A program made the position numbers and the translations under genes. A DNA stretch of 32,000 bases, taken from positions 3,360,001-3,392,000 of the forward strand of contig NC_006138.1 in assembly GCF_000025945.1 (NCBI RefSeq). The letters run 5' to 3'. The stretch's first letter is position 1. Every line of letters starts with the position of its first letter. Of the stretch, positions 1-9,085 are shown in pieces. Source of the DNA: Desulfotalea psychrophila LSv54 (GTDB taxonomy: Bacteria; Desulfobacterota; Desulfobulbia; Desulfobulbales; Desulfocapsaceae). The notes beneath the pieces are model-generated. The model was not told where the DNA came from. It did not search any database and was given only the letters and a program-made list of their open reading frames with translations.

Positions 1-60
1 CACTTCCTCCTTAAAAAAATGCAGGATACATCTCATAGAATAAAGTAGCAAACTAAAATC

Positions 61-1326
61 CTAACGAATTTCGCCCACCATCAGGGGAGGATCGAGGAGT
101 TGCGGGGCGAAAAATTCCTCACCCTCCTCATCGAGGAGAGACTGCATACAGTCAGCAAGCCCCCCACCAATCTCTCCATAGCCCGGCAAGAGCTCAAGCT
201 GTTTAAAAATATCACGGGCCTCCTGCCAATGATGATCAAGCCAGTAAATCTGGCCCGCCAAGAGAAAAGCCTGAACGCGTAGTCCATCCTTTTTATGGCG
301 CAAGGCCTTCCCCCCTAACTGCCCGACAGAATTCGGAGCCAAGAGGCAGAGGTATCTCTGCTGAGGGAGAAGGCGCAGACAGGCAAGGGCCAGAGAATTT
401 TGGCCAAGGGCATAGTGTATTCTGGCCCGGACATAGGAGGATTCCATGTTGGGCGGGTCGCCGAGCAGGTCAAGCCTGACCAAGGCCTGACTATACTGAC
501 AGGAACGAATCAACTCCTCAACCTGAAGGAGGGTGGGCGCACCCACCTCCTGCACCCGAACCTCCTCGTTGAAGGCATGCTGAATGCCATAGAGGCGGCT
601 CAGCATCTGAGTATTGCCGGGGCGAGAGACCAGGGCCTGAGCCACCTCAAGATAAGCCGTAGCACGAGGATATGCTCGCCGGTTCACTGCAATCTGGGCA
701 AGAAGCTGCCAGTTACTCACCACAGTGGGAGCAAGACGGACCAGTTGCCTGCCACTCTCTTCTGCCGCTTTCCACCTCTGACGGGCTATCTGACAATGAA
801 TCTGCAGGAGAAGCCAGTGCCCTTTAACAGCCGCACCGCTGGTCAGCCTGGAAATTGCCTCTTCCGCAGAGGAGAACTGGCCCAAACGATAATAGGCAAA
901 GGCAAGATAGTAATAAGCTGGACTAAGCCCCCCTGCCTCGCCCTCAAGAGCAATCACCCTCTGAAAAGAGTTCAGGGCTGGCGCAAAGAGCTCCTGACCC
1001 ATCTGGGCCATGCCCAAATTATAACAAAAGTTTTTCTTAGCAGGATAGAGAGAAACAGCCTGCTGCCAGGTCTGCAGGGCCTTTGCGTCATTGCCGAGAA
1101 GGGCATAGGCAAGGCCTGCATAGGAGAGGGCAAAAGAGAGAGGCCTCTTCCTCGCCAGAAGGGGACGAAGCGTCTCCAGAGCCTCTGCCGGGGCCTCTTT
1201 CTGCAAACAGGCCTGGCTCTTTTCTAAAAGAGCATAGTCCCTTTGTGAGACATGCTCCTGGCCATAGAGGAGAGGAGCTGAAAGAAAAAAAACAAGAAAC
1301 ACAGTGAGAATGCGCATGGAGACCAT
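61..1326 (-). CDS. Secreted tetratricopeptide-repeat protein, last gene of a TonB2-type cluster (TtpD-like position)
   Basis: ORF 61..1401 trimmed to the ATG at 1326, which lies one nt after the TAG (1328-1330) of the upstream tonB-like gene. Signal-like MVSMRILTVFLVFFLSAPLLYG. Repeated helical A/L/Y-rich pairs typical of TPR (AYYYLAFAYYRLGQFSSAEEA, YNLGMAQMGQELFAPALNSFQRV). Confidence 0.7.
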   Translation of the reverse strand: MVSMRILTVFLVFFLSAPLLYGQEHVSQRDYALLEKSQACLQKEAPAEALETLRPLLARKRPLSFALSYAGLAYALLGNDAKALQTWQQAVSLYPAKKNFCYNLGMAQMGQELFAPALNSFQRVIALEGEAGGLSPAYYYLAFAYYRLGQFSSAEEAISRLTSGAAVKGHWLLLQIHCQIARQRWKAAEESGRQLVRLAPTVVSNWQLLAQIAVNRRAYPRATAYLEVAQALVSRPGNTQMLSRLYGIQHAFNEEVRVQEVGAPTLLQVEELIRSCQYSQALVRLDLLGDPPNMESSYVRARIHYALGQNSLALACLRLLPQQRYLCLLAPNSVGQLGGKALRHKKDGLRVQAFLLAGQIYWLDHHWQEARDIFKQLELLPGYGEIGGGLADCMQSLLDEEGEEFFAPQLLDPPLMVGEIR

Positions 1327-1327
1327 C

Positions 1328-1987
1328 CTAGTCAAGGGTGAAGGAGAGGGGAATATCAACATAGACGGCCACCTTTTTTCCCTGATACCTGGCCGGAGCA
1401 AATTTCCACCTCTGCACCGTTTTCAGAGATACCCTTTCAAAGTAGCCCGGAGGATCAGCACTGATTATCTGCGCATCCCGGACAAGACCCGTAGCAGTCA
1501 CCAGACAACGAACAAGCACCTTGCCTTCCACCCCCTGGCCCTTGGCCTTTGCGGGATAGAGAGGTGGATAGTAGCGCAATAACTTAGGTGCCTGATCAAC
1601 ATTTGCCAGATCAAATATGCCGCCTGCGCCCATACCACTGAGCCCCGCTTTTCCCTGAGAAATATCCAGCACCGGCAGGCTGGCCGCCTGCATGGCTGGC
1701 AAGTTCATCTGCAGCGGGGCAAGGGCGATATCTATCTGCTCCATCTTCGCAGGAGGCCGGGGCAGAGGCTTTTTCAGCGTAGGCAGAGGCTTCACCTTCT
1801 CTCTTTTAATAATTTTCCTCTTTTCTGGCGGAGTATAGATGGAGGCCATAAGCTCTATGGGAGAGATGGGCTCCTGAGGGGGTGCCTGGGCACCACTCAT
1901 CATAAGAGGGGCAACAGAACAGAGAACTACTGTCACCAGAAGGGCACCCAAAAGAGCCAGACCATAACGTAAACAAACCTGCATCAT
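1328..1987 (-). CDS. tonB: Energy transducer TonB
   Basis: ORF 1328..2023 trimmed to the ATG at 1987, preceded by GGGGAGG just after the exbD stop. N-terminal TM segment, Pro/Lys-rich spacer (KPLPTLKKPLPRPPAK). TonB C-terminal domain (YPPLYPAKAKGQGVEGKVLVRCLV...VQRWKFAPARYQGKKV). Confidence 0.8.
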   Translation of the reverse strand: MMQVCLRYGLALLGALLVTVVLCSVAPLMMSGAQAPPQEPISPIELMASIYTPPEKRKIIKREKVKPLPTLKKPLPRPPAKMEQIDIALAPLQMNLPAMQAASLPVLDISQGKAGLSGMGAGGIFDLANVDQAPKLLRYYPPLYPAKAKGQGVEGKVLVRCLVTATGLVRDAQIISADPPGYFERVSLKTVQRWKFAPARYQGKKVAVYVDIPLSFTLD

Positions 1988-1997
1988 AGACCTCCCC

Positions 1998-2402
1998 CTA
2001 ATTACCTGCCTTAGCAGCAACACTGAGATTTTTTACCCCGGCAAGCCGGCAGGAGTCCAGCACCTGCACAGTTATCCCCGTAGGACAGGATTTATCGGCC
2101 ACAATCACCACCGCCCCGGCCGGCACCTCTGCCAAAAAGGTATCCATGCGGGCCTTGACGTTTTGAATATCTATCTCCTGCCCTTCAATAAAGACCTTAC
2201 CCGCACCCGTCACCCCCACGAGCATAGAGACCTTTTCCTTACTCTGAGCTGAGGCCGCCTGAGGGCGCTCTACCTCAACTCCGGATTCCCGGACAAAGCT
2301 GGTGGCCACAATAAAAAATATAAGTAAAATAAAGACCATATCAATGAGCGGGGTCATATCAATGGTCGCCGTATCATCTGTATGTGAGCCAAATCGTCGC
2401 AT
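1998..2402 (-). CDS. exbD: Biopolymer transport protein ExbD/TolR
   Basis: 134 aa. Family signature DMTPLIDMVFILLIFFIV at the N-terminus. GGAGG RBS 5 nt upstream of the ATG at 2402. Confidence 0.85.
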   Translation of the reverse strand: MRRFGSHTDDTATIDMTPLIDMVFILLIFFIVATSFVRESGVEVERPQAASAQSKEKVSMLVGVTGAGKVFIEGQEIDIQNVKARMDTFLAEVPAGAVVIVADKSCPTGITVQVLDSCRLAGVKNLSVAAKAGN

Positions 2403-2411
2403 ATTTCCTCC

Positions 2412-2936
2412 TCAGGAATGGGAGCTGACAAGATCAGCCGTAATCTGTTCTATCTTTGCCAGTCTGCGCGAGGCACCACGATGCAAAAAATAGAGGGCAA
2501 AAACCCCCGGCACAGCGACCAGGAGACCAAATTGGGTGGTGACCATAGCCTCGGAAATACCGCCGGCCAAGGCCCTGGGATTGGCAAGGCCAAATGTTGC
2601 AACCGACTGAAAGGTCCTTATCATGCCCGTTACCGTCCCAAAGAGTCCCAAGAAAGGGGCTATGGTGGCAAATATCTTTATGGTGGAGTGGCCACTCTTC
2701 ATCTCCTGCTGACAGGAGACAAGAAGATACTCATAGAGGAGACGATCATGACGCAGACGACCACTTCTCTTTTCATGAAACTCGCAGCGTAGAAGATCTA
2801 CCTGGCGATCCAGCCCCAAACGCCAACAGGGCAGATGAAAAAAGATACCGGCCCACATAAAAAAGGAGCAGGCCAGGAGCGGATACATGGTCACGCCACC
2901 CGTCTGCAGGTAATGAAGAAGCTGATTATCCACCAC
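2412..2936 (-). CDS. exbB: MotA/TolQ/ExbB proton-channel protein
   Basis: 174 aa, three TM segments. Conserved C-terminal core APFLGLFGTVTGMIRTF...GGISEAMVTTQFGLLVAVP. Apparent GTG start at 2936. Confidence 0.8.
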   Translation of the reverse strand: MVDNQLLHYLQTGGVTMYPLLACSFFMWAGIFFHLPCWRLGLDRQVDLLRCEFHEKRSGRLRHDRLLYEYLLVSCQQEMKSGHSTIKIFATIAPFLGLFGTVTGMIRTFQSVATFGLANPRALAGGISEAMVTTQFGLLVAVPGVFALYFLHRGASRRLAKIEQITADLVSSHS

Positions 2937-2944
2937 TGCGCCAC

Positions 2945-4336
2945 CTAATCCCTGCCCAAAAGGGCCATCATACCTGTTCCGGACTCTTCAATATCAGCCA
3001 CCAGAAAGGCAATACGACGTTTTAAAAAGTGATGGGCCAAAAGCAGAGGAATAGCAATGCCAAGACCCGCCTGAGTGGTGACCAAAGCCTCACTGATCCC
3101 CGTGGACATCATACGTGGATCTCCCGTACCAAAGATGGTAATGGCCTGAAAGGTATTAATCATTCCCGTTACCGTACCAAGCAGACCCAGGAGAGGGGCA
3201 ATGGAGGCAAGCACCCCCACCAGAGAGAGGAATCTCTCCAGTCCTCCGATCTCTCGCAAATATCCCTCCTGCATGACATTATCCAAAGTATCAAGGCCTC
3301 GATCGTGAAAGAGAAGGCTGCCGGCCAGGACCCGAGCAGCAGGACAGCGGGAGATCTTGAGCAGAATATTTTCTGCCCCGGCAATCTGCCCATCCCTGAT
3401 CCGAGCAAAAAGCTCTGCCTTGCTCTTCTTATCCAAAGGCCTCTGGGCAAAGAGCTGGCCCGCCTTCAGCACTGTCAGGAGAAAGCCGACAAGGCCCGAA
3501 ATGAGGATAGGATAGAGGAGAACACCTCCAGCCTCCAGCCACTGGCGCCAGCCCTGCTCCTGCTCTTGAGCTCTCAAGGCAGCACCAGCCGTAATATCAA
3601 GGGGTAGGACAGCAGAACCACCCGTAAGCCAAGCCTTCAGCTCCCTGTTCAGGAGACGAGAGTTGCCAGGGATTGACAGGGGCGGATGAGTACCATTGGC
3701 CAGGGCAAAGGCGGCATCACCTTCACTCAGATAGCCAAGAAAAAAACCACCTGCCCGCAGGAGAGAGACATCCCGGCCACGGCCATCGAGGCCCATTACC
3801 TGTGTCTGTTTCGTCTCAAAGCCTCCGGTTGCCCGCATATCGGCAAAGAGAATATCCGTATACCTGCCCATATCGGCAAGCCCCAAAAAAGAGTCCTGAG
3901 CCAGAAGATCCTGCAGAGCCTGCAGACGATCCGGATGCTGAGCACTGACAGGACTTGAATGCAGACGCTGGACAGTGTGACGCAGAGCCGTACGCAGAGC
4001 ACCTTCCACCGTTTTCATATCGGCCATATCATGTTCATACTGCTCTGCCAGCTCCGCCCTGCCCCGGGAGACCTGATTGAGCAGGCGACTGGTACCGGCA
4101 AGCTTTTTCTCCGTGGCCCGGGTCTCTTTTTGCAATTGGGCAAGCCGCAGTTGCAGATCCTTACTATCAGCAGCGGCATAACGAGCTGATTGGGCCGAAC
4201 GATCATTCATATCCCGTGAGAGCTGAAGAACCCGCCGAGCCGTCTGCTCCCAGGGTACATCCCCTGCCAAGAGCGGGGGCACAGATAGAGTCCAACAGCT
4301 TGCAACAACAATAAAGAGGCTGATTATGCGTAACAT
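2945..4336 (-). CDS. Large MotA/TolQ/ExbB-family protein with about 280-aa periplasmic N-terminal extension (TtpC-like)
   Basis: 463 aa with a signal peptide. C-terminal ExbB core APLLGLLGTVTGMINTF...TGISEALVTTQAGLGIAIP. Its start overlaps the upstream stop (TAATG at 4334-4338). Size and position match TtpC of Vibrio TonB2 clusters. Confidence 0.75.
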   Translation of the reverse strand: MLRIISLFIVVASCWTLSVPPLLAGDVPWEQTARRVLQLSRDMNDRSAQSARYAAADSKDLQLRLAQLQKETRATEKKLAGTSRLLNQVSRGRAELAEQYEHDMADMKTVEGALRTALRHTVQRLHSSPVSAQHPDRLQALQDLLAQDSFLGLADMGRYTDILFADMRATGGFETKQTQVMGLDGRGRDVSLLRAGGFFLGYLSEGDAAFALANGTHPPLSIPGNSRLLNRELKAWLTGGSAVLPLDITAGAALRAQEQEQGWRQWLEAGGVLLYPILISGLVGFLLTVLKAGQLFAQRPLDKKSKAELFARIRDGQIAGAENILLKISRCPAARVLAGSLLFHDRGLDTLDNVMQEGYLREIGGLERFLSLVGVLASIAPLLGLLGTVTGMINTFQAITIFGTGDPRMMSTGISEALVTTQAGLGIAIPLLLAHHFLKRRIAFLVADIEESGTGMMALLGRD

Positions 4337-5115
4337 TATTTCTCCTCCGCCAGTAGATCATCTTTAAGGGGCAAAACAGCAAGGGGCAGAGAGAGCACCG
4401 TGGTCACCCTTTTTTTACGGGCAACCTCAACGGCCTTTGCTATTTCAGAGGCTGATCCCTCCGGCAAATCCTGCCATTGGCCGGCCTTATCATCAAATCG
4501 CTGGGCCCGAGTACCACGATCGAGAAGACGAAAAAGGGCCAGACGACCAAGACGAAAAATGGTTGCCTGCACCTGTTCACCACCATCAGCCACAATAGTC
4601 TCCACCACATCGGTGCTATAGCCATAGTCAAGCTCCACCTGCATAGCCTGAAGCAACTTACCCAGCTTATCACTCAGGGATGCGCCCTGATCATCAAGAG
4701 CCTCACGAATAAAGGCAAGGCGGCGACGACGTTCGTCCCCGTGAAAGGGCAGATCGGTCTCTACCTCCTCCTCTAAATCAGCATAGAGGACCTCTAAAAA
4801 TGGGGCCAACTTATCCCGGGTCTCCTGAGCTGAGGCTATATTGGCCGCCAGGATAGCACTATTTTTCTTTTCGGCCAGCAGCCACCTCTCTCTTTTCTGC
4901 AATTGAAAACGGGCCCACTCAAGCTTAAGCTCAGCATCTTGAATTTCCTCCAAAATCCCCTGTCGCTGCCGCTGCCAGGCATCGGTCTTCTTACCCGTAG
5001 CCGAGGCCCTCTGCACGGACCTCTCAAGCTCTGCCTGCACAGCATCGGGGCTGGGGGCGGCCATAAGATTTAAGGGCCAGAACATTAGCACTAGTAACAA
5101 TAATCGGATGATCAT
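4336..5115 (-). CDS. Secreted coiled-coil protein, DUF3450/TtpB-like
   Basis: 259 aa. Signal peptide MIIRLLLLVLMFWPLNLMAAP and a long heptad-like N-terminal half. Sits directly upstream of the TtpC-like gene, as in TonB2 clusters. Family assignment is from memory of the architecture. Confidence 0.6.
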   Translation of the reverse strand: MIIRLLLLVLMFWPLNLMAAPSPDAVQAELERSVQRASATGKKTDAWQRQRQGILEEIQDAELKLEWARFQLQKRERWLLAEKKNSAILAANIASAQETRDKLAPFLEVLYADLEEEVETDLPFHGDERRRRLAFIREALDDQGASLSDKLGKLLQAMQVELDYGYSTDVVETIVADGGEQVQATIFRLGRLALFRLLDRGTRAQRFDDKAGQWQDLPEGSASEIAKAVEVARKKRVTTVLSLPLAVLPLKDDLLAEEK

Positions 5116-5139
5116 ATTCTCTCTCGGATCAAAAATAAT

Positions 5140-5964
5140 TTAAGCTTCGCAGTCCTCACAGGTTTCCCTGCAAGACCGGTAACGATTCTGGTAAAACTGC
5201 CGAAACAAAAGGGTAAAGAGCAGGATGTAAATAAGAAAAAACGGCCGGACCAGGGGATTAAAGGCATAGTGGAGCAAAACACCTACCGAGCTTTGCCCAT
5301 GGCCAATAAAGAAACCGTCCAGGAAAAAAAATGTGCCCTTATAATAGAGTGGGGAAAACATACGCAGGGTGCCCCGCTTCAAGAGCAGGCCATCCCGGTA
5401 GAGACTTACCTCCGCCCTATTGCCCTCAGTGGAAAAAGATGCCTTAGGAATGGTCACAGTCTTTCTCACCCGTCCGCCTGCATTCTCGGTAATAAAGGTG
5501 CGATCGGTAATATAGTCAACCCCGTCAAGTCTCAGCTGATAATCTCCCATAGCGATGGTCTGCATGGGCAATATTTTCTTGGACAGATGGCGTTCAACAA
5601 GAACAATATCAATGGCGTGACAGGCTATGACAAGGATGACCACCAGATGAATATAGGTCATACCGCGCCTCTGTCGGGCCCCGGCCCCACCCTTTTTTTT
5701 CAAATAAGGCAACTGCCTATAGGTACAGCAGAGGGTATTGACAAAGAGGCCGGCCCCGAAAAAGAACAGCAAGAAAATCCAAAAAATCACCAGAGGATGA
5801 CTGCTCAGATGAGCGGGCAGGTCAGCAAAGGAGAGGACATTCATACGCCGAAAGACCCTATCTATACTGGTAATTCCTGTGAGCAGAGAGCCTGCGAAAA
5901 AAACCAGGACAAGACCTGCAAGAAAACAGTATGCCGCCCGCAGGGAGAAAAAGAACTCTTTCAT
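5140..5964 (-). CDS. ResB/CcsB-like integral membrane protein (short periplasmic loop)
   Basis: ORF 5140..6162 trimmed to the ATG at 5964, which forms an ATGA overlap with the upstream stop (5961-5963). ResB-like N-terminus FFFSLRAAYCFLAGLVLVFFAGSLL. Second TM segment FWIFLLFFFGAGLFVNTLCCTYRQL. His-containing TM segment IHLVVILVIACHAIDIVL. Confidence 0.5.
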   Translation of the reverse strand: MKEFFFSLRAAYCFLAGLVLVFFAGSLLTGITSIDRVFRRMNVLSFADLPAHLSSHPLVIFWIFLLFFFGAGLFVNTLCCTYRQLPYLKKKGGAGARQRRGMTYIHLVVILVIACHAIDIVLVERHLSKKILPMQTIAMGDYQLRLDGVDYITDRTFITENAGGRVRKTVTIPKASFSTEGNRAEVSLYRDGLLLKRGTLRMFSPLYYKGTFFFLDGFFIGHGQSSVGVLLHYAFNPLVRPFFLIYILLFTLLFRQFYQNRYRSCRETCEDCEA

Positions 5965-6695
5965 AGAGACACCACCTTGGACAAAACCATGAAAAGAAGC
6001 ACCAGAATAAGTGGCAGAACAAAGGCCACGGCATGGGCACGATGACTTGAAAAAAACCTGCGGGGAATATGGAGGGCAAGCATATAGAGGACAAAGAGCA
6101 TGGAAGAGGAGTAAAAATTTCCCGTCCAACGCCAGGTTGTCCCCCAACCGACAAAGCTCCAATAACTGCCAAATATTTCCCCCACCAAAAAGACAATGGT
6201 GGCGAGCAGGGCCGCATCTCGGCTGATATGGGCAATCCTTCTATCCCCCCCTCGCAGCAAGGAGTCAAGGCCTCCGGCTACGGCATAGCAGGTCAGCCCC
6301 AGACAGAGGGGACGAGAAAGAAAGAAGGCCATGGCAAAGAGATAGGTCATCATAAAAGAGTCATGCGGGACAGGCTCGGCAAGAAGGGTCAAGAGGGCAA
6401 GAAGAGCAACAAAGAGCCCACTCCATAGGGGCCGACAGGAAGAGGTGCAACGATCTCTGCCGCAGGTAAAGAGTTGACAGATACTGAGGAACAGGGCCGC
6501 TATAGCGCAGGTTGGCACAATCCCCGAGAGGGAATAGATCCCCATGGTAAAAAAATAATCCGCCAATTGCACCAGGGAGGAGAGGACCAGAGCAGCCCAG
6601 AAGATCACACCGTAACGGTAATGAAAAAAAGAGGCCAGCATTGCCAACAGGGCAATTGCCGCCGTGACCAGGGCCATACTATGATAAAAGGCCAT
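5961..6695 (-). CDS. CcsA-family heme-handling protein with variant WWD motif
   Basis: 244 aa, polytopic. GSYWSFVGWGTTWRWTGNFYSSSMLFVLYMLALHIPR matches the WGxxWxW...Y...LHxR spacing of CcsA/CcmC/CcmF. TGNF replaces the canonical DPKE. Confidence 0.55.
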   Translation of the reverse strand: MAFYHSMALVTAAIALLAMLASFFHYRYGVIFWAALVLSSLVQLADYFFTMGIYSLSGIVPTCAIAALFLSICQLFTCGRDRCTSSCRPLWSGLFVALLALLTLLAEPVPHDSFMMTYLFAMAFFLSRPLCLGLTCYAVAGGLDSLLRGGDRRIAHISRDAALLATIVFLVGEIFGSYWSFVGWGTTWRWTGNFYSSSMLFVLYMLALHIPRRFFSSHRAHAVAFVLPLILVLLFMVLSKVVSL

Positions 6696-6698
6696 AAA

Positions 6699-8036
6699 CT
6701 ACCCCTCGGTTTCTAAAAATTTCTGCAACTGCGCCAAGGCCCCATCATCGGAGGCATTAACAATGATCGGCTCAACCAACATCCATCTGCTCTTTACCTG
6801 CTCGACAATGGTCGGTCGCACCGCCCAAATATGCCTTACCCCGGTCAAGGCAAGTAGAGGAGGAATACTGGGTGCATAGCCGCCACCATGTAATTCCAAG
6901 GGGCCGACCTCATCGATGAGGATACACTCCTGTTGATCTTCTTCACTAAAATCCAAGGCCCGGCGGGCCAATGCCTGCCCCTCGTCATAAAAGACAAATG
7001 AGCCCAAATCAGGACCAGCGCTCCTCTCTCTTTGGGCAAAGAGGGTGGACTCACCGCTCTGAATATCAACGATTTCGCTGCTATAACGCTTACCATCCTT
7101 CCAGCTACCGGGACAAAGAACACCAGCCATCCTTCGCGATCTATTCTGGGCCACGAGTCTTTGCAGAATCGTGGTTTTGCCATCACCACTGGTTCCCACC
7201 AACAAAAGAACCCTACCGGCAAAGGCAGGCTGAGAAAAACAGGGTTGAACCGTGGACAGCCCCTGAGAAGAGGAGTGCGAGGAGGCAATGCCGTAGAGGC
7301 GACTGATGGCCTTACCGGTCACCACCTCTGCTGTTTTCCCCTGACACATGACCTTGCCATCCTCAAGCATGATCACCTCATCGGCAAAGAGCAGGGCATG
7401 ATTTGGATCATGCAGACAGGCAACAACACAGGTCCCATGTTTCTGACAGAGATTCTTCAGGGTCAAGAGCATATGATAACGGTTCTTGTAATCCAGATGA
7501 TTGGTCGGTTCATCAAGAAAAATTATCTCCCGGGTCTGGACCAGGGCCCGGGCCAGAAGAACCAACTGCTTTTCTCCCCCCGAGAGGGTGGTATAGACCC
7601 TCTCAGCGAGATACAAACAACCCAACTCCTCAAGGGTCTGGCTGGCATAATCATAATCAAACTGCTTAGGCCGACCAAAGACACCCAGAAAAACCGTACG
7701 CCCCATAACCACCACATCAAGAACAGAAAAGGGAAACATCTCATCATGCTCCTGGGGGACAAAACTAATATGCCGGGCAATCTCAGCGCGTTTCATCTTC
7801 ACCAGATCAACGCCTTTCAGGCTAAGATGATCTGATTCAGAGCTATCAAGACCACAGAGACAGCGGAGCAGGGTACTCTTGCCTGCACCATTTTTTCCCA
7901 AAAGGGCAACAAAACACCCACCCTCAAACTGGAGGGAAACCCCGGAAAGAATGGCCTTATCGCCATAGGAGAAGGAGAGATTTTGACAGTCAAGAAGGAC
8001 CTGCCTCTCCACCTTTAAAGAGTTCTGCCTGCTCAT
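6699..8036 (-). CDS. ABC transporter ATP-binding protein (FecE/BtuD type) fused to a C-terminal P-loop NTPase domain (THEP1/DUF2478-like)
   Basis: ATG at 8036 forms an ATGA overlap with the permease stop. ABC motifs GKNGAGKST, LSGGEKQLVLLARAL, IIFLDEPTNHLD, LHDPNHAL. A second nucleotide-binding set lies in the last ~175 aa: LLLVGTSGDGKTT (Walker A) and CILIDEVGPLEL (Walker B). Confidence 0.85.
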   Translation of the reverse strand: MSRQNSLKVERQVLLDCQNLSFSYGDKAILSGVSLQFEGGCFVALLGKNGAGKSTLLRCLCGLDSSESDHLSLKGVDLVKMKRAEIARHISFVPQEHDEMFPFSVLDVVVMGRTVFLGVFGRPKQFDYDYASQTLEELGCLYLAERVYTTLSGGEKQLVLLARALVQTREIIFLDEPTNHLDYKNRYHMLLTLKNLCQKHGTCVVACLHDPNHALLFADEVIMLEDGKVMCQGKTAEVVTGKAISRLYGIASSHSSSQGLSTVQPCFSQPAFAGRVLLLVGTSGDGKTTILQRLVAQNRSRRMAGVLCPGSWKDGKRYSSEIVDIQSGESTLFAQRERSAGPDLGSFVFYDEGQALARRALDFSEEDQQECILIDEVGPLELHGGGYAPSIPPLLALTGVRHIWAVRPTIVEQVKSRWMLVEPIIVNASDDGALAQLQKFLETEG

Positions 8037-9085
8037 ACCCACCCCCTATTTTGATTTTTATAAAGCAGCCAGGCAAAGATGGGCCCACCGATCAGGGAGG
8101 TAATCACCCCCAGAGGCAATTCACAGCTCATGGCAGAGCGGGCAATATCATCTGCCCCCAAAAGAAAAATAGCACCCAGAAGGGCGGAACAGGGCACCAC
8201 CAAACGATGATTAGGCCCTAAACAGGTACGGACAATATGGGGGACGACAAGCCCCACCCAGGCAATCTGCCCACAGGAGGAGACACAGACCGCAATCATC
8301 AGTGAACTCACGGCTATAAGGAAAAGGCGAAGACCACGAGGATTGACCCCAAGGGCCTTGGCCTGACCATCTCCTAAAGAGAGAACATTCAATCTATAGC
8401 GAAATATATGGAAAATAAGATAACCGCAGGCAATGATAGGTACTATCTGCAGGGTATCCTGCCAGGAGGCTCCAGAGAGAGAACCCATGGTCCAAAAGAC
8501 AATGGCCGGCAGTTCGCCATAGGGGTCGGCCACGATTTTGACAATCATCAAACAGGCGTGAAAGAGGGAGCCAATAATGATACCGCTGAGAACCAGAACC
8601 AGTATCTTTGAGGTGGGCACGGCCCTGGCAAGACCAAGGGCAAGGCTCACGGCCAACAGGCCCATGATAAAGGAGAGGAGACGGACCACGGCAAAGCTGG
8701 AACCCGGGAGCAGCAAGCCAATAGCAGCCCCTAGAGTGCAACCAGCGGCCACCCCAAGGATATCGGGAGAGACCAGTGGATTACGAAAAAGCCCCTGGTA
8801 GACAGCACCAGAAACCGAAAGGCCACAGCCGACCGCGAGGGCCAAAACCATGCGGGGAAAACGGATAAGAAACAGGACCCTTTCAGATTCCGTAAGGGAA
8901 CCATAATCTCCCTGCAAGACCGTCCACAGCAGGGAAGGAAATTTTGCCACCGCCCAAAACACCTCCGAGACAGCCAGAGGCATTCGGCCAATACAGGCCG
9001 AGAGGAGGATCAACAGAGCCAGAAGGGAAAAAAGGATGAGATACACCCTTTTTTCATCAATTTTATTCGACATAGGATTCTTCAC
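8033..9085 (-). CDS. FecCD-family ABC permease (iron-chelate / heme / corrinoid type)
   Basis: 350 aa, about 9-10 TM segments. Typical family stretches: LALAVGCGLSVSGAVYQGLFRNPLVSPDILGV, LSLGDGQAKALGVN, PLGVITSLIGGPIFAWLL. GTG at 9085 overlaps the upstream stop; an alternative ATG lies at 9073. Confidence 0.9.
   Translation of the reverse strand: MKNPMSNKIDEKRVYLILFSLLALLILLSACIGRMPLAVSEVFWAVAKFPSLLWTVLQGDYGSLTESERVLFLIRFPRMVLALAVGCGLSVSGAVYQGLFRNPLVSPDILGVAAGCTLGAAIGLLLPGSSFAVVRLLSFIMGLLAVSLALGLARAVPTSKILVLVLSGIIIGSLFHACLMIVKIVADPYGELPAIVFWTMGSLSGASWQDTLQIVPIIACGYLIFHIFRYRLNVLSLGDGQAKALGVNPRGLRLFLIAVSSLMIAVCVSSCGQIAWVGLVVPHIVRTCLGPNHRLVVPCSALLGAIFLLGADDIARSAMSCELPLGVITSLIGGPIFAWLLYKNQNRGWV

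Noticed and set aside
400-1227. Long ORFs antisense to confident genes. Examples: 400..1227 +, 3029..3607 +, 5269..6045 +, 7032..7835 +, 9439..10065 +, 10990..11427 +, 16972..17628 -, 20476..21096 +, 28309..28806 +.
   Set aside because: Each lies wholly inside a gene with clear family motifs on the opposite strand. Their translations are low-complexity or Arg/Gly/Pro-rich with no recognisable motifs and no RBS. They are typical shadow ORFs.
5858-6428. Overlapping ORFs 5858..6268 (-) and 6069..6428 (+) inside the CcsA-like/ResB-like genes.
   Set aside because: These are alternative frames of confidently membrane-protein-coding sequence. The products are Pro/Gly/Cys-rich with no membrane or domain logic.
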